64,000 nt of DNA. Source: an uncultured Solirubrobacteraceae bacterium (GTDB lineage: Bacteria; Actinomycetota; Thermoleophilia; Solirubrobacterales; Solirubrobacteraceae). Of the stretch, positions 57,241 through 64,000 are shown piece after piece. The translations under genes and the position numbers were made by a program. The notes beneath the pieces were generated by a model. It had not been told where the DNA came from. It searched no databases and saw only the letters and a program-made list of their open reading frames with translations. The stretch spans positions 64,001 through 128,000 of the forward strand of contig CAZPQW010000001.1 in assembly GCA_964588985.1 (NCBI GenBank), given 5' to 3'. The first letter of the stretch is position 1. Each line of letters opens with the position of its first letter.

Positions 57241-59046
57241 GTGTCGACGCAGGAGCAGCCACAGGAGCAGCAGCGGTCGCTGTACCGCAGGCACCGCCCC
57301 CGCACGTTCGCCGAGGTGGTCGGCCAGGAGCCGGTCGTGAGGACGCTGCGCAACGCGGTCGAGCGCGGCAAGGTCCACCACGCGTACCTGTTCGTGGGCT
57401 CGCGCGGCACCGGCAAGACCTCGATGGCGAAGATCCTCGCGGCGTGCCTCAACTGCGAGAACGGCCCCACGATCGAGCCCTGCGGAGTGTGCGACTCGTG
57501 CGTGTCGATCGCCCGCGCCACCTCGCTGGACGTGATCGAGATGGACGCCGCGTCGAACAACTCCGTCGACGACATCCGCGAGCTGCGCGAGAGCGTCGCG
57601 TACGCCCCGGTGAGCGGGCGGCGCAAGGTGTACATCCTCGACGAGGCGCACATGCTCTCCACCGCCGCCTGGAACGCTTTCCTGAAGACGCTCGAGGAGC
57701 CGCCGCCGAACACGGTGTTCGTGCTCGCGACGACCGAGGCGAACAAGGTCCCCGCCACGGTGGTCGATCGCTGCCACCGCTTCGACTTCCACCGGCCGAC
57801 CGTGGAGCAGATCGCGAGTGTCGTGCGCAGGGCGGCCGCCGCCGAGTCGATCGAGATTCCCCCGCCGGCGGTGGCGGCGCTCGCGCGCTCGGCCACCGGC
57901 AGCTTCCGCGACGCGCTCGGCACGCTCGAGCAGCTGGTCACCTACAGCGGCAGCGACGTAGCGCTCGAGGACGTGCTCGCGGTGCTCGGCGTGGCTGACA
58001 CACGGCTTCTGGAAGCGACCGTGGACGCGGCCGCCCAGAGTGACGCGGCGGGTGCGCTGCGGTCGCTGGAGGAGTGCGTCGAGCAGGGGCGCGACGCCGC
58101 CTCGTTTGCGTCGGATCTGGAGGTGCGCGCCCGCGAGCTGCTGATCGTGCAGACGCTCGGCGAGGTGCCCGACGAGCTGTCGCTCACGCCTGAGGCGGAC
58201 GAGGCGCTGGGGGCGCAGGCCGCGCGCGTGGATCACGCAGCGGTGGTGCGCCTGCTGGAACTGCTCGGCGAGGCGATGGAGGCTGTGCGCGCCGGAGCGG
58301 ACGCCCGCACGCGCCTGGAGCTCGCGTTGGTGAAGGCCGCCAAGCCAGAGGTCGACGGCTCGATGCGCGCGCTGCTCGCGAGGATCGAGCGGCTCGAGCA
58401 GGGCGGCGCCGTCGCGGTCCAGGCGCAAGCGCCCGCTCCCCGCGTTTCCGCTCCCCAAGCTGCTTCCGCGCCTGTGGCTGCTTCCGCGGCTGAGGCTGCT
58501 TCCGCGCCTGAGCCAGCTCCCGCCCCAGCCGTCGCTGCCGATCCGCCGCCGCAGGCCCAGGCGGATCTCGCGCCCACCCCTCCAGAGGACCCGCCCGCGC
58601 CCCCCTCTAGCGCAGACGCACCTGTCGAGCGGGATCTGGAGGCGGTGTCTTCGATCTGGCCCGCTGTGGTCGATCTGGTGCGCTCTGAGAACGGGCTCAT
58701 CGGGGCGTTGATCGCCGAAGCGCAGCCGGTGGCCGTCGATGGCGAGGAGCTCACGCTCGCGTTCGCCTCGACCGCGCAGTTCCTGAAGAAGAAGGCCGAA
58801 GACCCGGCGAACCGCGCGACGGTGGGCGAGGCCCTGCGCACCATCGCCGGCGGGCGCTGGCGACTCTCCTACGAGCTGCGCGAGCAGCTGGCCGCCGAGG
58901 ATCGCCCGGGCGCGGTCGAGCACTCCGAGGAGGAGTGGATCCGACGCTTCATGGAGGAGTTCGACGCGGAGGAGATCGGCGGCGAGTCCGCTCAGGACGG
59001 CGAGCGCGACGTCGAGGTGGCCACCAGCAACGAGAAAGGCGCGTGA
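57241..59046 (+). CDS. dnaX: DNA polymerase III gamma/tau
   Basis: LYRRHRP, HAYLFVGSRGTGKTS, EMDAASN, DEAHML, LKTLEEPP. Confidence 0.96.
   Translation: MSTQEQPQEQQRSLYRRHRPRTFAEVVGQEPVVRTLRNAVERGKVHHAYLFVGSRGTGKTSMAKILAACLNCENGPTIEPCGVCDSCVSIARATSLDVIEMDAASNNSVDDIRELRESVAYAPVSGRRKVYILDEAHMLSTAAWNAFLKTLEEPPPNTVFVLATTEANKVPATVVDRCHRFDFHRPTVEQIASVVRRAAAAESIEIPPPAVAALARSATGSFRDALGTLEQLVTYSGSDVALEDVLAVLGVADTRLLEATVDAAAQSDAAGALRSLEECVEQGRDAASFASDLEVRARELLIVQTLGEVPDELSLTPEADEALGAQAARVDHAAVVRLLELLGEAMEAVRAGADARTRLELALVKAAKPEVDGSMRALLARIERLEQGGAVAVQAQAPAPRVSAPQAASAPVAASAAEAASAPEPAPAPAVAADPPPQAQADLAPTPPEDPPAPPSSADAPVERDLEAVSSIWPAVVDLVRSENGLIGALIAEAQPVAVDGEELTLAFASTAQFLKKKAEDPANRATVGEALRTIAGGRWRLSYELREQLAAEDRPGAVEHSEEEWIRRFMEEFDAEEIGGESAQDGERDVEVATSNEKGA
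58459..58512 (+). repeat. Three 18-bp imperfect tandem repeats in the dnaX linker
   Basis: Encodes AASAPV AASAAE AASAPE. Confidence 0.7.
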
Positions 59047-59396
59047 TGCCCAAGCAGCCGCGGATGCCGAACATGCAGGCGATGATGCAGCAGGTCCAGA
59101 AGATGCAGAAGGACATGGAGCTCGCCCAGCAGGAGCTCAAGAGCGAGGTCGTCGAGGCCTCCACGGGCGGCGGGATGGTCACCGTGAAGATCAGCGGCGA
59201 CCTGGAGGTCCGGGAGGTCAAGATCGACCCCTCGGCGGTAGACCCGGAGGACGTGGAGATTCTCTCCGACATGGTGCTCGCGGCTGTCAACGAGGCGCTG
59301 CGCATGGCGCAGGAGCTGGCCGAGCGCAAGATGGGCGGCGCGACCGCCGGCCTGGACCTGGGCGGCCTCGGCGGGCTGGGTCTCCCGGGGCTGTGA
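59046..59396 (+). CDS. ybaB: YbaB/EbfC nucleoid-associated protein
   Basis: MMQQVQKMQ, GGGMVTV, DMVLAAVNEAL; between dnaX and recR. Confidence 0.93.
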   Translation: MPKQPRMPNMQAMMQQVQKMQKDMELAQQELKSEVVEASTGGGMVTVKISGDLEVREVKIDPSAVDPEDVEILSDMVLAAVNEALRMAQELAERKMGGATAGLDLGGLGGLGLPGL

Positions 59397-60016
59397 GCGA
59401 CGCCACCTCCTACGCGCCGCCCGTCCAGCGGCTGGTGACCGAGCTGTCGAAGCTGCCCGGCATCGGCAACCGCACCGCGCAGCGTCTCGCGTTCCACATC
59501 CTGCGCGCCTCGGGCGAGGACGCGAACGCGCTCGCGGAGGCGATCCGCGAGGTGAAGGAGAAGATCGGGCTGTGCGAGGTGTGCTTCAACCTGACCGACG
59601 AGGCCCGCTGCCGTATATGCCAGGACCAGCGACGCGACGAGGCGCTGATCTGCGTGGTCGAGGAGCCGAGCGACGTGATCCCGATGGAGCGCACGCACGA
59701 GTACCACGGCGTCTACCACGTGCTCGGCGGTGCGCTCTCGCCGATCGACGGCATCGATCCCGAGGATCTGAAGATCGCTGAGCTGTTCGCGCGCGTGACC
59801 GGGCCGGGTCACGCCGCGGTGCGCGAAGTCGTGCTCGCCACCAACCCCACCACGACCGGCGAGGCCACCGCGCTGCACATCGCCGAGGAGCTGCGCACAC
59901 GCGCGCCGGAAGTCAAGGTGACGCGCCTAGCGAGCGGCCTTCCGGTGGGCTCGGATCTCGAGTACGCCGACGAGGTGACGCTCGGCAAGGCCTTCGCGGG
60001 GCGTCGCGCGGTCTGA
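59393..60016 (+). CDS. recR: Recombination protein RecR
   Basis: LPGIG, C4 zinc finger, YHVLGG, TOPRIM domain. Confidence 0.97.
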   Translation: MSDATSYAPPVQRLVTELSKLPGIGNRTAQRLAFHILRASGEDANALAEAIREVKEKIGLCEVCFNLTDEARCRICQDQRRDEALICVVEEPSDVIPMERTHEYHGVYHVLGGALSPIDGIDPEDLKIAELFARVTGPGHAAVREVVLATNPTTTGEATALHIAEELRTRAPEVKVTRLASGLPVGSDLEYADEVTLGKAFAGRRAV

Positions 60017-60031
60017 CATATCCTGCGACCC

Positions 60032-61285
60032 ATGCCCGACACGATCGTGATGAAGTTCGGCGGCACCTCCGTCGCGGACGCGGAGCGCATCAAGCGCGCC
60101 GCCAAGCGGATCGTGCGCAAGCGCGAAGAGGGTCACTCGGTCGTGGCGGTGCTCTCCGCGCGCGGCAAGACCACCGACGAGCTGATCGCGATGGCTGAGG
60201 AGGTGTCGAGCACTCCCGACCCGCGCGAGATGGACATGCTGCTGTCCTCCGGTGAGCGGATCTCGTGCGCGCTGTGCGCGATGGCGATCAACGACCTCGG
60301 CCACCGCGCGATCTCGTTGACGGGATCGCAGGCGGGGATCGTGACCGACGAGTCGCACACCAAGGCGCTGATCCTCGACGTGCGCGCGGACCGCATCCGC
60401 GCGGCGCTCGAGGAGGATCACATCGTGCTGGTGGCGGGCTTCCAGGGGGTTTCGCGGACCGCCAAGAACGTCACCACGCTCGGTCGCGGCGGCTCGGACA
60501 CGAGCGCCGTCGCCGTCGCCGCCGCGCTGGGCGCCGAGGTCTGCGAGATCTACACGGACGTGGCGGGGGTGTACTCGGCGGACCCGCGCATCGTGCCGAA
60601 CGCGCGCAAGTTGGAAACAGTGTCGTTCGAGGAGATGCTCGAGATGGCGGCCTCGGGTGCGGGCGTGCTGCAGCTGCGCTCGGTCGAGTACGCACGCAAC
60701 CACGGTGTGCGCATCCACTGCCGCTCATCATTCGACGAGGAGCCGGGCACGATGGTGCTGGCGGAAGGAGAGACGATGGAGCAGCCCCTGATCACAGCGG
60801 TCACCCACTCGGTCGCGGAAGCGCGCGTGACGCTCACGGGCGTGCCGGACACGCCGGGCGCGGCGGCGCGCATCTTCGAGGCGATGGCGCAGGCGAACGT
60901 GAACGTGGACATGATCGTCCAGAACGAGCCGGTCGCCGCGGGCGGACAGGCGGAGATCTCCTTCACCGTTCCCCGCGAGGACCTGCGCGTGGCGTCCACC
61001 GCGCTCGAGCCACTCACGGGCGAGGCGTTCGCGAAGCTGACAACGCACGAGGAGATGGGCAAGGTCTCGATCGTCGGCGCGGGCATGCGCTCGCACCCCG
61101 GTGTCGCGGCGAAGGTGTTCGGCGTGCTCGCCCGCGAAGGCGTGAACATCGACATGATCTCCACCTCTCCGATCAAGATCTCGTGCGTGATAGACCGTGA
61201 CAGCGTGCCGCTCGCGGTGCAGGCGCTGCACAGCGCATTCGAACTGTCAGGCGAGGGCACGGTGAGCGTGGAGGAGTCCTTCTAG
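60032..61285 (+). CDS. lysC: Aspartate kinase
   Basis: KFGGTSV, TTLGRGGSD, two ACT domains. Confidence 0.95.
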   Translation: MPDTIVMKFGGTSVADAERIKRAAKRIVRKREEGHSVVAVLSARGKTTDELIAMAEEVSSTPDPREMDMLLSSGERISCALCAMAINDLGHRAISLTGSQAGIVTDESHTKALILDVRADRIRAALEEDHIVLVAGFQGVSRTAKNVTTLGRGGSDTSAVAVAAALGAEVCEIYTDVAGVYSADPRIVPNARKLETVSFEEMLEMAASGAGVLQLRSVEYARNHGVRIHCRSSFDEEPGTMVLAEGETMEQPLITAVTHSVAEARVTLTGVPDTPGAAARIFEAMAQANVNVDMIVQNEPVAAGGQAEISFTVPREDLRVASTALEPLTGEAFAKLTTHEEMGKVSIVGAGMRSHPGVAAKVFGVLAREGVNIDMISTSPIKISCVIDRDSVPLAVQALHSAFELSGEGTVSVEESF

Positions 61286-61370
61286 GTCGAGCAGACCTCC
61301 CGAGAGCGCCGGATTTGTCACAATCCCTCCTCAACGCTCTACGTTGCTCCACTTCAAGGACGAATGGAAT

Positions 61371-61577
61371 ATGCGAACCATGAAAAGACCACGTCGATAT
61401 GTGGCAAAGCATTGGCTGATGCTGATGCGTCCGGTTCTGCGCTACAGCGCCGCTCGAGACGCGTATGTTCTACGCGTCGTCGGCCGCCAGACCGGTCCGG
61501 TGCTCCGCGTCGATCGTCGTCCCCGACGGCCGCAGCCGTTCGACGGCGTCGAGCGTCGTCGTACCAGCATCGCCTAG
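61371..61577 (+). CDS. Small basic hypothetical protein
   Basis: RYSAARDAYVLRVVG..GPVLR. Confidence 0.5.
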   Translation: MRTMKRPRRYVAKHWLMLMRPVLRYSAARDAYVLRVVGRQTGPVLRVDRRPRRPQPFDGVERRRTSIA

Positions 61578-62312
61578 ATTGCCCCCCAACACTTGGCTCT
61601 GGCGTGCGGTAAGCCGGGGCGGTTTGCGCAAGCGCCGGCTGGACACCTGTCCAAGAACTCCCTCCAAATCTCCTACTTCCAACGGGCGTGCGGTTGTTAT
61701 CCTCACGTGAAGTTAAAATGAGCGACATTGCCGATAGAAACAATTGAGATTCAGGAGTTCAACCCTTGAGTAGTGCTTTGGCCACGAAGTTGCGGACGGG
61801 TCGTCGGGGAAGCGAGCGCGCGGTGGCTGCCTCTGGCCGCGACACCGCGCGCGTGATCGTCGGTGCGGCGGAGGTGTCTCTGCTGGCAAGGGATCCACAC
61901 CTCGCGGCGCGCGCCATGTGGGTTCTCCTGAGGAGCGACGATCAGGTTCGCCCGCTCGACGGCACGCCCGTAAGTCGCTGTATCGGTTGACGGCGGCCCG
62001 ATCGCGACGCCCCGGCGTCGCCCGCTGCTCCCCGGTGGCGCCATTGCGATTGCCTGGGTGAGTTAGGTTGGCAGCAGCGAACAATTCTATTTACAGATAT
62101 CTGCTCGCGACTGTGCGAAGTGTTCGGCTCAGCTTCGTAACGACGTGTGTCCAAGCGGCCTTTTACACCTGAAGCCTTGACCTTTAGCCTGGAATGCGCT
62201 GATATGTGACTCTGGCGATGACCATGAAGTCATCGTTTGGACAGATGTTGACCATCAGGCGGCTGAAGTATCGGGTATCGGCGAGGCCGGTGCCCAACGG
62301 GGGGACGGAGCT

Positions 62313-63815
62313 ATGGACAGCAAAATCGCAGACCCGGGCGTAGCCACGCTTCCGAGTCGTGGGCTGGGCGTCGCACATCGCTTTCGCACGATCGGGACAC
62401 TCGGCTCGAGGGTGCCGATCGCCGAGACCAGGGGGCCCGCGGCGAGCAAACTGCGCGACGCGATCTTCCGCAGGACGCTGCTGGTCGCGGACTCGCTCGC
62501 CATCGTAGGCGCCTTCCTGCTGACGATCACGGTGGCCACGAGGTCGCTGCAGCTCACGTGGGTGGGCATCGCCGCCCTCCCGATCCTCCTGGTGTGCGCG
62601 AAGGTCTCCGGGCTGTACGACCGGGACGAGGCGCTGCTGCGCAAGACGACACTCGACGAGGCGCCCAAGCTGTTCCACGTCGCCACGTTGTGCGCTCTGG
62701 TCGCGTGGCTCGCGGGGGGGCTGGTCGTCACCGGCTCGCTCGACCGTCGCGAGGCCTTGTTCCTGTGGCTCGCCCTCGTCGTTCTGCTGATCCTCATGCG
62801 CACCGCCGCGCGTGCGCTCGCCCTGCGCGTCGCGCCGGCCGAGCGCTGCCTGTTCATCGGGGACGCGGACGCCGCCAGGACGATCCGCTCCAAGCTCGCA
62901 GACCACGGGGGTATCAACGCCAACCTGGTCGCTCATCTCGACCTGGACAAGATCGAGCCGTGGTCGACGGACACTCGTTCGGCCGCCAAGCTCGCGGAGG
63001 TGCGTGAGCTCGCGTGCGACCTCGACATTCACCGTGCGATCGTCGCGCCGAGCAGCGCGGACGCGGGCGAGGTGCTCAACCTGGTGCGGACCCTGAAGGC
63101 GGTGGGCGTACGAGTCAGCGTGCTGCCGAGGCTGCTCGAGGTGGTGGGTTCCTCGGTCGAGTTCGACAACCTTCACGGAGTCACCGTGATGGGCGTCAGG
63201 CGCTTCGAACTGACCCGCTCCTCGGCGGCGGTCAAGCGAGCGTTCGATTTGGCGTGCGCGACGGTCGGGCTGCTTGCGGTCGCGCCCCTGATGCTCGTGG
63301 CCGCGATCGTCATCAAGCTCGACAGCCGCGGTCCGGTCTTCTTCCGCCAGCTGCGCGTGGGACGCCACGGAGAGCACTTCCACATCCTCAAGTTCCGCAC
63401 GATGGTGCCGGAGGCCGAGTCGCTGAAGGCCTCGCTGCGCGATCGCAACGAAGCGCAGGAGGGGCTCTTCAAGATCGCCGACGATCCGCGGGTGACCCGT
63501 GTGGGCAGCTTCCTGCGCAAGTCGGCGCTGGACGAGATGCCACAGCTCCTGAACATCCTCAAAGGCGACATGAGCCTCGTCGGGCCCCGGCCGCTGATCG
63601 TCGAGGAGGACATGCGCGTCGAGGGATGGCACCGTCGGCGCCTCGAGTTGACGCCGGGCATGACCGGGCACTGGCAGATCCTTGGGCCGGCACGGGTGCC
63701 CCTGGCCGAGATGGTGGCCATCGACTACCTGTACGTGGCCAACTGGTCGCTGTGGACGGATTTCAAGATCCTGCTGCGCACCGTCCCCTACGTGATGGGG
63801 CGCCGTGGGCTGTGA
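62313..63815 (+). CDS. Polyprenyl-phosphate priming sugar transferase
   Basis: KRAFD, KFRTM, DPRVTRVG, LDEMPQL, MSLVGPRP, PGMTG. Confidence 0.93.
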   Translation: MDSKIADPGVATLPSRGLGVAHRFRTIGTLGSRVPIAETRGPAASKLRDAIFRRTLLVADSLAIVGAFLLTITVATRSLQLTWVGIAALPILLVCAKVSGLYDRDEALLRKTTLDEAPKLFHVATLCALVAWLAGGLVVTGSLDRREALFLWLALVVLLILMRTAARALALRVAPAERCLFIGDADAARTIRSKLADHGGINANLVAHLDLDKIEPWSTDTRSAAKLAEVRELACDLDIHRAIVAPSSADAGEVLNLVRTLKAVGVRVSVLPRLLEVVGSSVEFDNLHGVTVMGVRRFELTRSSAAVKRAFDLACATVGLLAVAPLMLVAAIVIKLDSRGPVFFRQLRVGRHGEHFHILKFRTMVPEAESLKASLRDRNEAQEGLFKIADDPRVTRVGSFLRKSALDEMPQLLNILKGDMSLVGPRPLIVEEDMRVEGWHRRRLELTPGMTGHWQILGPARVPLAEMVAIDYLYVANWSLWTDFKILLRTVPYVMGRRGL

Positions 63816-63819
63816 GGCG

Positions 63820-64000
63820 ATGACGTCGATCTCGATCGAGGCTCAGCCCGATGCGGAGCAGATCGCGAGCGTGCGTGTGTCGCAGGCCATCAGGCGCGCC
63901 CAGCTTGGAGATTGCGAGGCGTTCGGGTTCCTATACGCGCGCTACGCCGACGACATCCACGGCTACGTGCGGAGCATCGTCAGAGACCAGCACGAGGCCG
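63820..64000 (+). CDS. ECF sigma factor, runs off window
   Basis: RAQLGDCEAFGFLYARYADDIHGYVRSIVRDQHEA. Confidence 0.7.
   Translation, partial: MTSISIEAQPDAEQIASVRVSQAIRRAQLGDCEAFGFLYARYADDIHGYVRSIVRDQHEA

Noticed and set aside
55680-57941. Long head-to-head overlap between the membrane gene and dnaX
   Set aside because: Plausible starts at 57170 (-) and 57241 (+) remove the overlap.
57241-59046. dnaX programmed frameshift site
   Set aside because: No A-AAA-AAG or poly-A slippery run seen.

Overview
GC-rich actinobacterial chromosomal segment. Gene content and the large Alu-type SRP RNA suggest Thermoleophilia/Solirubrobacterales (inference). The backbone carries sulfotransferase/sulfatase genes, surface-glycosylation genes, lipid/redox enzymes, ku-ligD, transporters, ffs-dnaX-ybaB-recR-ask and the start of an EPS locus. 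The most notable region is a lower-GC island at the 3' end of tRNA-Ser(GCU) (about 6.1-15.9 kb). It begins with a truncated large-serine-recombinase-like gene that reads into the tRNA. It ends in a tandem array of four 0.9-1.4 kb cassettes, each carrying one toxin-antitoxin pair. Five att-like repeats homologous to the tRNA 3'-end junction bound these cassettes. On the minus strand the repeats encode a conserved peptide in the recombinase reading frame; in the A-type copies all changes are synonymous. This suggests an integron-like, tRNA-anchored cassette system with an integration-switched integrase C-terminus. Also seen: a 1.7 kb AbiE islet bounded by a 15-bp tRNA-Val repeat with a frameshifted toxin, a tRNA-Val copy embedded in-frame in a membrane-protein gene, a probable ACG start for ligD, and divergent genes sharing a CATG start. 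All calls come from reading the sequence; no database searches were run.
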